Positions 40,404 to 50,656 of a DNA stretch of 64,000 nt are shown piece by piece. The stretch is taken from IMG/VR virus record IMGVR_UViG_3300024308_000303; one strand, 5' to 3'. The stretch comes from an uncultured virus (IMG/VR IMGVR_UViG_3300024308_000303). Its lineage: Duplodnaviria; Heunggongvirae; Uroviricota; Caudoviricetes. Made by a program: the position numbers and the translations under genes. The notes under the pieces are model-generated. The model did no database searches. It was not told the DNA's origin and was given only the letters and a program-made list of their open reading frames with translations. Position 1 is the stretch's first letter, and each line of letters begins with the position of its first letter.

Positions 40404-40520
40404 TTAGCGTTTTTTCTTTTCGTGTGCAGCCCACATTGCATCTTCTTGTGCCTTTTTCTCAGCTTCACGTTTTGCATAAGCTGCATCAATTTCACTTGCT
40501 TTATTAGTTGATTTAATCAT
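40404..40520 (-). CDS. Small charged helical protein (38 aa, absent from ORF track)
   Basis: MIKSTNKASEIDAAYAKREAEKKAQEDAMWAAHEKKKR; GAGGA RBS; TTGCAA...TGATATAAT promoter; similar to 58216-58338. Confidence 0.75.
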   Translation of the reverse strand: MIKSTNKASEIDAAYAKREAEKKAQEDAMWAAHEKKKR

Positions 40521-40583
40521 AGTTATTTCCTCTTTCGTTTTTAGTGTGTTAATTATATCAAAAAGTTATTAAGCTTGCAACAT

Positions 40584-40892
40584 TTATTTCCACATGTATG
40601 TTGCTGGGTAACTATTGTTAGTTACACAACCATGTTTCTGTGCATAGTACAGTTTTACAACATCACTAGTTGCAGAATAATCATTGTTTTCAACGACCCG
40701 TTTAACATAGTCGTAGAATTCTTGATGAACAGAGCCATCAGTATCAAAAACAAGTTCATAGAGTTCTACTTGACCTTTATCATTATCATCGAGACGATAA
40801 GGATCAAAATAACGTGCATCGAATTCTTTAAGGTTGAATTGACCTTTTTTAGTAAAGACCCGATTGAAGCGAACTGCCATTGAACCACTCAT
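40584..40892 (-). CDS. Hypothetical protein
   Basis: AAGGA RBS. Confidence 0.72.
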   Translation of the reverse strand: MSGSMAVRFNRVFTKKGQFNLKEFDARYFDPYRLDDNDKGQVELYELVFDTDGSVHQEFYDYVKRVVENNDYSATSDVVKLYYAQKHGCVTNNSYPATYMWK

Positions 40893-40930
40893 GATGTTAT
40901 TCCTTATTTGTTTTCAAGAACACTATAATA

Positions 40931-41443
40931 TCAAATTCCAAGCAACTTATCAAGCGTTTCTTCTGCTGGGATAATAAGACAGTTGTAAAGGACACTATCA
41001 CCATAGTACATGTCATAATTGTATTCTTTCGAATGCTTTTCAATTAACATTTCTACTTGGGCATAACTCAAATCATGCTGGAAATGAGAAACCAAATGAC
41101 CATAAATATCAAACGTAGGCACAGAAAGTTCAACTACATTTGAACCTGCTGAACAATAAGACCCAACTTCATCTTGATAAGTCCCAGTTGAACGTTTTTC
41201 TTCTACCGGATAATAAATAACAAGATATTTATCAGAAACAGCAGTATAGAAGCCAATCTTTGCTGATTTATAAGCATCTGGATCATACTGGTCTTCACTT
41301 TTTACATCAAATTCTTTTTTCAAATTTGGAAACAACTCTCCAAGCATAGGCGTAATACTGTCATACAAAGTGCCGTTATCAAATCTCCAAGTCAGAGCAT
41401 CACCAATAGAGTGTTCAATATCAGCAACATGAATGATAGCCAT
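40931..41443 (-). CDS. Hypothetical protein (YYG family)
   Basis: C-terminal YDMYYGDSVLYNCLIIP. Confidence 0.78.
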   Translation of the reverse strand: MAIIHVADIEHSIGDALTWRFDNGTLYDSITPMLGELFPNLKKEFDVKSEDQYDPDAYKSAKIGFYTAVSDKYLVIYYPVEEKRSTGTYQDEVGSYCSAGSNVVELSVPTFDIYGHLVSHFQHDLSYAQVEMLIEKHSKEYNYDMYYGDSVLYNCLIIPAEETLDKLLGI

Positions 41444-41445
41444 AA

Positions 41446-41904
41446 TTATACTTCCTTTTTAAGTGGAATGACGACATAAGAATAACGAAGGTATTCACCA
41501 TAATACATGTTGAATGCATGAGTTTCATATTTCGCAACCTTCAATGCAGCCATAGGATCAGAAACACCATCAGCAGTCAAAATAGCTAACAAATCCTTCA
41601 TTGGTGTATCATATGATTCATATTCAATATCATACTCTTCATCCTCATCCTTCATAGGATTCAAAGGATATTCGTAAGTTGTTGCCCACATGATGACAGA
41701 ATGGGATTCACCCACTAATTCACAGAATTCTTTATATTTATCTTCTGCCAACCATTCTTGTGGTGTAGCATTTTCATAAAATTCTTTACGAAGTTTTTTA
41801 AATGCAGTAAGGATAATCTCACGTTGATATCCATCATAGTGAGATGGTTTTTGATCTTCTTGATGAATGTAGTGAATACCCATGATTTTAGCCTCTGTTT
41901 TCAA
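41446..41904 (-). CDS. Hypothetical protein (YYG family)
   Basis: C-terminal FNMYYGEYLRYSYVVIP; the start may be MGIHY. Confidence 0.78.
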   Translation of the reverse strand: MKTEAKIMGIHYIHQEDQKPSHYDGYQREIILTAFKKLRKEFYENATPQEWLAEDKYKEFCELVGESHSVIMWATTYEYPLNPMKDEDEEYDIEYESYDTPMKDLLAILTADGVSDPMAALKVAKYETHAFNMYYGEYLRYSYVVIPLKKEV

Positions 41905-41946
41905 TTAGAGGCTATTATACATCAAAAAGTATAAGATGACAACCTG

Positions 41947-42627
41947 TCAAATAGACATCATTTTAATCATTTCAATATCATCTTGAGTCAATGATGTTAA
42001 TGGAATTCCAAAATCAGATGAATAGCTAATTAAAGAATTATAATTAATAGATGTTTCATTCCAAAAAGTTTCATCAATTGAAAACAAAAAACTACCAACC
42101 CTGAATTTATTATTAGGAATTTTTTTAGGATTTTGAATTTGATTTTCAACATAGGTTAATTCTGGCAATTTTTCACATGATTTATAAACGTCTGCAAGAA
42201 TATGAACCAACCTGTAATGTGCTGATTTTGTTAGTTTCAAAGATTCAACAACAGGACTGAACATCCAGAATGAAAAAACAGCAGTAAATCCATAATAGAC
42301 AAACTTCAATCCTTCCAAATTAGGTGAAAAATCAGATATAAAGAAAAACCCATAGAGAAAAGCCAACGCTGGTAGAACAATAAAGAATATAATACTATAT
42401 AGAAAATGGAAAATACTATATTCAAGAATAATCCCATGTTTAAAATTTAAATACGATTTATAAGCAAGAAAACCTATAATTGGAACAAGAGTACAAATAA
42501 ATATAACATGTGCATTGATATAAAAAGCACTAATCAAAATCAAAGAATAAATTGAAATTAACAAAAAAAGAAAATCTTTTTTAATGAATTCCAAAGATTT
42601 GAATGTAAAAGAACTGTAATTTTTCAT
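41947..42627 (-). CDS. Membrane protein with MxxI tag
   Basis: About 4 TM; ends LTQDDIEMIKMMSI. Confidence 0.8.
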   Translation of the reverse strand: MKNYSSFTFKSLEFIKKDFLFLLISIYSLILISAFYINAHVIFICTLVPIIGFLAYKSYLNFKHGIILEYSIFHFLYSIIFFIVLPALAFLYGFFFISDFSPNLEGLKFVYYGFTAVFSFWMFSPVVESLKLTKSAHYRLVHILADVYKSCEKLPELTYVENQIQNPKKIPNNKFRVGSFLFSIDETFWNETSINYNSLISYSSDFGIPLTSLTQDDIEMIKMMSI

Positions 42628-42648
42628 TAGTTATCCTAATTTATTTCA

Positions 42649-42948
42649 TTAAATAAACATATAAAGACAATCATACTGACCATCATATGAAATACCACAA
42701 CGTACCAGTTCTAACACTTCGTCTTCTGTAACAACAGCAGCAAAGTCATCAACATTAATGTTAAACCAAATTTCTTTGTGCCTCGCACTTGAAATAATAT
42801 TGAGATTAGTAGGTAAAATACGATCCATCAAAATAAAAGCATGCAAATCTGCTCTCTGAGATAGCTTATTTTCAACAAGTTCAAATTTACATCCTTGCAA
42901 ATTTTCACAATGTTGGTTAATCAATTCTTTTAATTGTTTCGAGTTCAT
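42649..42948 (-). CDS. Hypothetical phage-type protein
   Basis: RADLHAFILMD..ISSARH..ELVRCG; AGGAG RBS. Confidence 0.78.
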   Translation of the reverse strand: MNSKQLKELINQHCENLQGCKFELVENKLSQRADLHAFILMDRILPTNLNIISSARHKEIWFNINVDDFAAVVTEDEVLELVRCGISYDGQYDCLYMFI

Positions 42949-42956
42949 GTTTGCTC

Positions 42957-43394
42957 CTAATGAGTAGTGGCAAAGCCACCAGCAATGCTGTGAGTTACCT
43001 TTTTGATTCCAAAATGGTTAATACATTCTTGACAACCGGGGCAAGGCTGACTATTTGCCAAGTGCTTTTCAACAATTTGAGTGCCATGAGAATTCATAGT
43101 TTTCGAAAATCTAACAACAATCAACTCACATTTTTTCAATTTGTCTTCACCCAAAATACCAAGTGCTTTCTTGATAGCAAAGGTTTCAGCATGCAAGTAA
43201 ATAGCATGTTCATTTTTCGAAAATTTGTTTTGAAAAGTATGAGTTTTCTTTTGATTCGATGCTTTGCTGATAATACGATTTTTATAGACAACAGCAGCCA
43301 TGATTTGATGTTTAAATCCATTGTCATGGATATTATCCAAATCTTGAGTGATTCGCTCAATGATGTTTTTGCGTTTTTGGCTAATTTCAAGCAT
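42957..43394 (-). CDS. Zinc-dependent deaminase (CMP/dCMP-deaminase fold)
   Basis: LHAE and SQPCPGC motifs; GIKKV. Confidence 0.85.
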   Translation of the reverse strand: MLEISQKRKNIIERITQDLDNIHDNGFKHQIMAAVVYKNRIISKASNQKKTHTFQNKFSKNEHAIYLHAETFAIKKALGILGEDKLKKCELIVVRFSKTMNSHGTQIVEKHLANSQPCPGCQECINHFGIKKVTHSIAGGFATTH

Positions 43395-43476
43395 GATTAA
43401 GTCTCTTGAATCTCTAAATATTTAAGCAATTATACATTATTTTGAGTCAAGATGCAAGAAAAGACACCGAAGTGTC

Positions 43477-43803
43477 TTATACTTTTACAATCAAGTTGGC
43501 GTCTTGTTTGCTGGCAGCAATTTGAGCTTCTGTATCTTCTGAAAGTTGTTTTAGTTTGCATGTGCCAGACATCCAAACAGGATCATAATTCAAAGGAAAC
43601 ATGCAATAACCAGATTGAATACCATAAGAATCAAAAGACAAACCAGTAACATCAGTAACAGCCTTAATCAAAACTGGAATTCCACTTGTAACAGCCGCAA
43701 AAATTTTTGTAGCTGATTCATTGCTCAATACAATGGCTGCACATGAAATATGACAATCACCCGGAATAGAACGACTATATTTACAAGAATGACAATTGAC
43801 CAT
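43477..43803 (-). CDS. Cys-rich hypothetical protein
   Basis: CHSCKY..PGDCHISC..FPLNYDPVW; GAGG RBS. Confidence 0.78.
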   Translation of the reverse strand: MVNCHSCKYSRSIPGDCHISCAAIVLSNESATKIFAAVTSGIPVLIKAVTDVTGLSFDSYGIQSGYCMFPLNYDPVWMSGTCKLKQLSEDTEAQIAASKQDANLIVKV

Positions 43804-43884
43804 AATAGAATATCCTCGTTGATTTAATCATTTGAGTATATCAAAAAAAATCAAAAATGTCCACAAAAAGAGGTTGATTAATGG

Positions 43885-44997
43885 TCAAAAATGACCATCA
43901 TCAATCAACATTTTAAGAATATCAAAATCACTAATCATGTTACTAACATGCTTCGAACGGGTATTATAACCACGAACAGAATCATAAATAATATTATCAT
44001 CACTATCAAAATTATTCATGTGATACTCTGGTGATTTCAAATAACCATCAAGATGGTCCAAATCAACTGGATACATAGGAGCACCATAAGAGTCCATAAT
44101 ATGATTCATTACTTCAACATAAGTCAAATCATCAGAAGTCCAATCTTGAATCCTGTCTTTCATATGATCTACTGAAATAGCAACACTATTAAAGACTTTG
44201 ATAGTGCCAGAAGATTTTTCACGAACATAGACATAAACCACATTTTGACTACGTTGGAACATCATTTCACACCTATCATTAGATGCTTGATATGCAAAAT
44301 TATCATGGTCGTTATAAATGAACTGATTGTTGACAGTTGCTTTCTCTTTGATAAGGAATTTAAACCATTTATCAAAAATATAATTCAAATTGCCATTAAC
44401 TTCTGGAATAGATACCATTGGGTTCTCTTCCAAAGCCAGTAAAGTATCACAACTTTCCTGATCAATAAGAACTTCTGCTTTACGGCAAAGGTCAATAAAG
44501 TGCTCTGAAATAAAATAAGTCATAGGCAAATACATTCCAAAACCAATCACACCACATTTAACAAAGCGATCATAAGGAGTATCAAGTGCAAAATCATCTG
44601 ATGTATGACCAATAGCAAGTTCTTTAAAACGGTCTTTAAGTACAGAAATATCATCAGTTACTGTTTCATTAAACTTAGGATCAATTGCAGAGAAATCACC
44701 TTTATAAAGGCGATAAATTGAAACTAATCCATAGCGTTCTGACTTTTTAAAATGAAAATCAATACCATCAACAGCAATAAGAGCTTCGGCTGGTTTACCA
44801 CGAGATAATAAAGATTCTCTAAAGCGATCAGAAAATTCACGATCACTCATAATCCTTTGCATAAACGCATCGTCCATCACTGGATATTCAAGTTCGAAAA
44901 GATTGAAAGTATTTGATTTGACAACAACACCATCAACGTTACCACTAACAAGAGCTTGCAGCAATTTAAGAGCAACGGTTTCCAATGCAAAGTTCAT
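43885..44997 (-). CDS. Paralog pair C, member 2
   Basis: LDHLDGYLKSPEYHMNNF..IIYDSVRGY, shared with 45830-46951. Confidence 0.85.
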   Translation of the reverse strand: MNFALETVALKLLQALVSGNVDGVVVKSNTFNLFELEYPVMDDAFMQRIMSDREFSDRFRESLLSRGKPAEALIAVDGIDFHFKKSERYGLVSIYRLYKGDFSAIDPKFNETVTDDISVLKDRFKELAIGHTSDDFALDTPYDRFVKCGVIGFGMYLPMTYFISEHFIDLCRKAEVLIDQESCDTLLALEENPMVSIPEVNGNLNYIFDKWFKFLIKEKATVNNQFIYNDHDNFAYQASNDRCEMMFQRSQNVVYVYVREKSSGTIKVFNSVAISVDHMKDRIQDWTSDDLTYVEVMNHIMDSYGAPMYPVDLDHLDGYLKSPEYHMNNFDSDDNIIYDSVRGYNTRSKHVSNMISDFDILKMLIDDGHF

Positions 44998-45049
44998 AAA
45001 TCTCTCCTTTAAATTTGTTAAGGATTATAACATAGTTTCGAATGGTTTT

Positions 45050-45247
45050 CTAGAATTTTTCTTTGTAGAATAGTTTTGAAAACAACATTGTAAGCAAAGG
45101 AATACAAATAGTTGGAAGGAAAATAGCTAAAGATACACCAATCCATTGTACTGGGTACTCAACTAAGACACCAATAAAAATAAATAGACCAATAATAGCA
45201 AAATGTTTTTCAAAATTGAAGAAGAAAGAACGTGTAAAAGTTTTCAT
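45050..45247 (-). CDS. Small 2-TM membrane protein
   Basis: Two hydrophobic segments. Confidence 0.6.
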   Translation of the reverse strand: MKTFTRSFFFNFEKHFAIIGLFIFIGVLVEYPVQWIGVSLAIFLPTICIPLLTMLFSKLFYKEKF

Positions 45248-45283
45248 GTAAATGCAACAACCATATTAAATTAAAGTGAATAC

Positions 45284-45766
45284 TCAATTAAACGAGTATT
45301 CTAAAGATTCTGTGTTAGACGAATGTTTGAATACAAAAATAGCACCAGTGCCTTTTGTGCTTGGATCAATACGCTCCATTAGTGGAATGTATAAATCTTT
45401 ATAAAGGGATTCAATGTCTGTAGTATCAATGGCTCGACTGCAACTAAATCCCAGTTGAATGATTTCTTCTGCTACATTGTCTTTATATCCAAAAATCCAA
45501 TCAATAACATCAAGCGTTCTGGTTGTAAATTCAATATTTCCATTACCATCATGCTCGGTATGCTCATTAAAAAGAAAAACCTTAGAATAAATTTCATATT
45601 CTTCGATCAACAATTCTTTTTTAGCAACATCTGGATTACTTAGGATATTTAGAAGCTTATCATGAATTTTACGCTCTTCAAATGCAACACTTGGAATAAA
45701 ATCGAAAACGAGTTCAAATTCTTTAAGTAATTTAAATTTTAGAGGATTATGTTGTACCAGATGCAT
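45284..45766 (-). CDS. Hypothetical protein
   Basis: Start refined to MHLVQ. Confidence 0.72.
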   Translation of the reverse strand: MHLVQHNPLKFKLLKEFELVFDFIPSVAFEERKIHDKLLNILSNPDVAKKELLIEEYEIYSKVFLFNEHTEHDGNGNIEFTTRTLDVIDWIFGYKDNVAEEIIQLGFSCSRAIDTTDIESLYKDLYIPLMERIDPSTKGTGAIFVFKHSSNTESLEYSFN

Positions 45767-45829
45767 GATAGATACCTGTCTGTTAAAGTATGCGACAATT
45801 ATATCACAAAACAAGACGACTGAAAAGCA

Positions 45830-46951
45830 TCAGTCGTCATCATCTTCATAATATTTCAAGATGTCATTCAAAAGAGTAAAATCACTCATCGCATTTTGAG
45901 CATGAGCAGAATTAATCTTATAACCTCTTGCTGTATCGTAAATAATACCAAATTCAATATTGAAATTATTGAAATAATAAGATGGTGTTTTTAGATAACT
46001 ATCCAAATGATCAAGATTGGCATAGTAAATATCATAACTATAAGGTTTCATAACATTGGTAACAGCATCCAAATAAGTATATTTTTCTTTAGAATAGGAG
46101 TCCAAATCACATTCTGATGATGGGAAAACTGCACAACTGTTCCATACTTTAATACGTTTTGTAGATTTTTCACGAATATAGACGTAGATTGTATTTTGGC
46201 TTTTCTGAACCATTAACTGATAAATATCATTCTCTTCAAAATAAGCATAGTTGTCAGAATCATTAAATACAAATGGCTTATCTACAGTTGCATTTTTAGC
46301 AACCAAAAATGGGAACCAATTTTTAAACATACGATTTAGATCACGGTTATATGCTGTTGCATGAAAATTATCAAATTCACACTGCCTAAATTGAGCAATT
46401 TCATTTAATTGATTAGAAGTGAAGGCTTCTGGAAATTGTTCACATAAATCTAAGAAAGCAGGATCACAAAATTCTGCTACATCGTCTGAAAGAATAACTG
46501 CTTTGAAAGATGCATCCTTCTTTTTATCCATCAAAAATGAGTCGCGTGGAATATCTGCTGCAATACGCAAGAACATTTTTTCAAATTTAGCAGGATCAAT
46601 GGTAACAAGGGCTTGATAATCAGGGTTAAGTTTTTTTGCATCAATTTTTTTATGTCGAGTAACGATGATGCCAGTTTTATTAGGGTAACGATGAAAAACG
46701 TAAGTATATCCATCAATTTTAATAGTGGCTTCACCACCCAAACGAATTGCTGCTAGTTGTTGCCCCATATATTTTACAACTGAATCATGATTTTCACCAA
46801 AAAGATCATTTTCATCTGTTTGATCACTGTAAATGCTCATAGCCTCATCAGACAATACAGGAAATGTGTTTTTCTGGACTTTTACTTTGGATGAACGGCG
46901 AGTAAGAAAATAATGCAAGAGATTAGATGCAAATTTTTGTGATTGAGACAT
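45830..46951 (-). CDS. Paralog pair C, member 1
   Basis: LDHLDSYLKTPSYYFNNF..IIYDTARGY. Confidence 0.85.
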   Translation of the reverse strand: MSQSQKFASNLLHYFLTRRSSKVKVQKNTFPVLSDEAMSIYSDQTDENDLFGENHDSVVKYMGQQLAAIRLGGEATIKIDGYTYVFHRYPNKTGIIVTRHKKIDAKKLNPDYQALVTIDPAKFEKMFLRIAADIPRDSFLMDKKKDASFKAVILSDDVAEFCDPAFLDLCEQFPEAFTSNQLNEIAQFRQCEFDNFHATAYNRDLNRMFKNWFPFLVAKNATVDKPFVFNDSDNYAYFEENDIYQLMVQKSQNTIYVYIREKSTKRIKVWNSCAVFPSSECDLDSYSKEKYTYLDAVTNVMKPYSYDIYYANLDHLDSYLKTPSYYFNNFNIEFGIIYDTARGYKINSAHAQNAMSDFTLLNDILKYYEDDDD

Positions 46952-46977
46952 AAATAATCCTTAATTAAAAAAGGGGC

Positions 46978-47172
46978 CTATGCCCCTTGGTTGAAATAGT
47001 TCTTGCTGAATTTATATGCAGGTTGACTATGAAAAATATGAGTTATATTCATTTTCTCTGAAAAAGACAAACCAACACACAATATTAGTCCAATAAAAGC
47101 CCACACATTAGTCGTAGAAACAAACAGAGTAAAACTTACTAATGTAAGAATTTTTAACATTAACATTCTCAT
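46978..47172 (-). CDS. Small membrane protein
   Basis: AGGAGG RBS; hydrophobic N-terminal half. Confidence 0.65.
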   Translation of the reverse strand: MRMLMLKILTLVSFTLFVSTTNVWAFIGLILCVGLSFSEKMNITHIFHSQPAYKFSKNYFNQGA

Positions 47173-47242
47173 AGTCCCTCCTAATATATGACTTTTAGAA
47201 TGACAAAGATTATATCACAATATAAATAAATCGTCAATTATT

Positions 47243-47527
47243 TTAAGAGTTGCATTCTCCACACCCACAAAGACCATCAAGGTATTCTTGTTTTGCTTTT
47301 AAATGAATGATTGAAGCCATCTTTGCTCGCTTAACTTCAATAATAGAAACATCAGTAGCATTAGTGTATTCATTTACAATAGCCCACAAAGCATGAATCT
47401 CAGTGTTAAGATCTTCAACGAAGTCTTCATCTTTCAATGAATCATCGGCTTTAAATGAAGTATAAAGTGCTTGTTTTTTTTCAATGATTGACAAAAATTT
47501 AACCAAAACAGTAGTATCTTTATTCAT
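47243..47527 (-). CDS. Hypothetical protein
   Basis: Ends LCGCGECNS. Confidence 0.7.
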   Translation of the reverse strand: MNKDTTVLVKFLSIIEKKQALYTSFKADDSLKDEDFVEDLNTEIHALWAIVNEYTNATDVSIIEVKRAKMASIIHLKAKQEYLDGLCGCGECNS

Positions 47528-47539
47528 ATTTAATCTCTC

Positions 47540-48430
47540 TTATTCAATGCAAGGACTTACGTATTTAGCAAGACGTTTAGTTTCGTCATAGAAATACATA
47601 TCCAAATCTTCCAATTCACGACCTTCCAAACGTTTGATGAACTCTGCCATAACGCTGGTTGGAACCATTTTAAAATCTACAGTACCATTACTAAGCCTTT
47701 TAACAAAAAAAGGTTTATTGAATGGACGATCAAGAACAAATTCTTCAACTCGAACACTAAAACCTAAAGGAGCAATAGCCTCCTTAATCAGATTTAGAGA
47801 ATGACCTTCCTTTTCAAAAACCAATTCATCCGAAGACAAACTATAAACTGATTTAACATCCACACCAACTGCCATAACACGTTCAGCAATTAGATTCATC
47901 ATGTAATATTGAATCTTTTGTTGACGCTGTGGATTCAAGTTACCAAACAGAATTTGACGAATTTGTTTACTAATTAACATGTATTCATTGAAACCACGAC
48001 TCAAAGCAAAATCATTGTAAGTTGTATGACCATCAAAGATTTCAGGATTAACAAACATAAATGATTGGAAGTTTGCCTTTACCAAATCAATGCTGATAAA
48101 AGTTTTACCAGCATTAGGTGATTTATAAAGCTCTTTTGCCTGAATCGAGATTTCTTTCTTGAATTGATTCATATCAAGAGTATTGAATGCTGCATACTCT
48201 GGTTTATCTTTCACATAATCCAAAGTGGCATTAACCACTTGACGGTTGTAATCAAATACTTTTTCACCACCAAAATCATTGAAAGTACGCTGAAAAATGT
48301 CATACTTTTCAAATGATTGATAGTATGGGTCTATCAAAGCCATCAGGTGAGAGAAATAAGGATCAACATCAACTGCAACTGGCAGCTTGAGATCTTTAAG
48401 AAAGTTTTTGTTGTAGAGAGAAACGTTCAT
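47540..48430 (-). CDS. Hypothetical protein, possible polymerase palm-like fold
   Basis: FISIDLVKANF and SLSSDELVF resemble palm motifs A and C; the function call is tentative. Confidence 0.7.
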   Translation of the reverse strand: MNVSLYNKNFLKDLKLPVAVDVDPYFSHLMALIDPYYQSFEKYDIFQRTFNDFGGEKVFDYNRQVVNATLDYVKDKPEYAAFNTLDMNQFKKEISIQAKELYKSPNAGKTFISIDLVKANFQSFMFVNPEIFDGHTTYNDFALSRGFNEYMLISKQIRQILFGNLNPQRQQKIQYYMMNLIAERVMAVGVDVKSVYSLSSDELVFEKEGHSLNLIKEAIAPLGFSVRVEEFVLDRPFNKPFFVKRLSNGTVDFKMVPTSVMAEFIKRLEGRELEDLDMYFYDETKRLAKYVSPCIE

Positions 48431-48491
48431 TTGTATAGTCTCACTGTTGATTTAATAAGGTAATTATAGCAAAAATCACCTCTAAAAGCAA

Positions 48492-49313
48492 TCAAATAGT
48501 TAACATATCGTAGACATCAATAAAGTTCAAAAGCTCTTCTTTTTTGTTGGTATAATGACGAATAAAAATATTTTCCAACATTTGAATCCAACAGCGATCA
48601 GTAAAATTAATGGAATAATAATTAATAGCACTTGATGCAACATAATCTGGTGACTCATAATATGCTTTCAAAAATTTTAAATAAACTAAAATATCTTCAA
48701 TTTTGTTAAGTCCTTTGCTTGGATAACTTGAAGAACTGCTATTGTTAGTGGATTTAAAATGATAACATGAATTATAAAGATTTTTTGATGTAGAGAAGTA
48801 ATAGACAAAAAAAAGTCTACTCTGTAATTCTGAATCAAGTTTAATGTAATCTTTCAATATCAGTTTATAGAGAGATGTACTGTCAGGGCTTAAATCAATT
48901 TCAAAACCACATGATACATTTAATGATTTGAAATGATTAATATTCAAAATGTCCAAAATAGATGAATTATACACCTCATTATGAGAATAATTTAAAAAAT
49001 GACTTTTAGAATGATGGGCATAATATACATCACCATTTGGTTTATAATGAATTACGCAAGAAATATCAATTACATGATCAAAAAATTTGTAATATAGATT
49101 AAGATTAATGTACTCTTTTTTATGTTTAGGTACATATTTCATATAACTAGAAAAAACCAAATTAGACTTAATCTCATCAGAATTAAGCTCTAAATTATTG
49201 TTACATTTGATTAATTGTGATAACAAAATAGAATAAATGTTATCAACTAAAAGATTAATAGAGGATTCTGAATGCTCATTGAAGTCATCAAATTTTGGAA
49301 AAACAATATTCAT
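48492..49313 (-). CDS. Hypothetical protein with MxxI tag
   Basis: GAGG RBS; ends VYDMLTI. Confidence 0.8.
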   Translation of the reverse strand: MNIVFPKFDDFNEHSESSINLLVDNIYSILLSQLIKCNNNLELNSDEIKSNLVFSSYMKYVPKHKKEYINLNLYYKFFDHVIDISCVIHYKPNGDVYYAHHSKSHFLNYSHNEVYNSSILDILNINHFKSLNVSCGFEIDLSPDSTSLYKLILKDYIKLDSELQSRLFFVYYFSTSKNLYNSCYHFKSTNNSSSSSYPSKGLNKIEDILVYLKFLKAYYESPDYVASSAINYYSINFTDRCWIQMLENIFIRHYTNKKEELLNFIDVYDMLTI

Positions 49314-49381
49314 CTTTCATCCTCAAATAGAAATGAGGCTATTATACTATAAATACATATTTAAGACAACAAAAAAGGTGC

Positions 49382-49978
49382 TTAGGCACCTTTTGTATTC
49401 TCTTCTTTTTGTTTGTGTAAGTCTTTTTGTTCCTGATTGAATTCTGGTTTAGAAGATTTCGGAATAAAAGATTTGAGTTCAGCAATAGTACCTACATATT
49501 TACCAACCAAATTAGCTTCTGGAACATAACCCCAGTAACGGCTGTCATAAGAATTCAATATGTTATCACCAATAGCAAAGTAACTTCCAGTAGGAATAAC
49601 TGCTCTGTGCATATTTGGCATATTTTTAGGAACTTCATTCACTGTAAATTTTTCTTCATTATAGTAAATAGTATCACCCGGTATCGCAACAATACGCTTA
49701 ATGAAGTTTGTACCTTCATCACCCGGCTTTCTAAATACAGCAATATCACCACGTTCTGGTTTACCATTTTCAAACAAAGTTACTTTTGTGAAAGGTATTT
49801 TTACACCATAAGCATGAACATCAACCAGAATCAAAGCTTTTTCATCAATGGTTGGAATCATTGAACCAGTTGGCACATATGAAGGGTTATATGCAAAAGA
49901 TTTAAAACATAGTATGAATAAAATAAGTAAAGCAGTCTTTTTATCTATTTTAAAAAAGTTAACAATTGATTTTAACAT
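49382..49978 (-). CDS. lepB: Signal peptidase I (peptidase S26)
   Basis: TM anchor; VPTGSMIPTI (catalytic Ser); RGDIAVF; FIKRIVAIPGD (catalytic Lys); GDNILNSYDSRYWG. Confidence 0.93.
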   Translation of the reverse strand: MLKSIVNFFKIDKKTALLILFILCFKSFAYNPSYVPTGSMIPTIDEKALILVDVHAYGVKIPFTKVTLFENGKPERGDIAVFRKPGDEGTNFIKRIVAIPGDTIYYNEEKFTVNEVPKNMPNMHRAVIPTGSYFAIGDNILNSYDSRYWGYVPEANLVGKYVGTIAELKSFIPKSSKPEFNQEQKDLHKQKEENTKGA

Positions 49979-50083
49979 GATATCCTCTTGATTTAACAAT
50001 AGCATCCTATCATTAAAAAAAAATAAATCAAATTAAAATATAGAAAAATACTGCCGAAACAGTATTTAATGATAGGTCAACAA

Positions 50084-50611
50084 TTAATTAACAGCAGTAT
50101 AGAGAACGGCTTTAGCTTTTTCGCACTTAACTTGTTGTTTAGCTTTCCAAGAAAAATGTTCAACAATATGACTGTTTGGACGAATAACAATCAAATTTTT
50201 TGAAATAGTGGAAAGATAATATAACATGGTGTTTAGGTATGATTTTTCTACCAAATCAATTGCATAACTGAATACAATCACATCAACTGATGGCAATTGT
50301 GCTAAACCATTTGCAACATCTTCAAAAGAATATGAAAAAGTTAAATTGCCTGTTTCATGTAGATAACGTTCATGGAGAAATTTATCACAACCAGAAACTA
50401 AAATATCTGGATACTTGTTCTTCAAGTGCTTGGACACAAGACCGTCACCACAAGCAAAATCAAGCACACTCTTGAATTCTTGATTCCATAGGGCATCAAG
50501 GCAAGTCAATGCAAAGACTGCATGTGGATTATGATAACTATCCGCATTGTCACTGTAGTAAGTGTCAACACCTAATGTCTCATATTCTTTTCGGATTGAT
50601 AAAGTAGTCAT
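50084..50611 (-). CDS. Class I SAM-dependent methyltransferase
   Basis: VLDFACGDGLV; GCD; DVIVFSYAIDL. Confidence 0.85.
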   Translation of the reverse strand: MTTLSIRKEYETLGVDTYYSDNADSYHNPHAVFALTCLDALWNQEFKSVLDFACGDGLVSKHLKNKYPDILVSGCDKFLHERYLHETGNLTFSYSFEDVANGLAQLPSVDVIVFSYAIDLVEKSYLNTMLYYLSTISKNLIVIRPNSHIVEHFSWKAKQQVKCEKAKAVLYTAVN

Positions 50612-50656
50612 AATAAAGACTCCAACTCTATATTGAAGCCTTATTATAGCATATTA

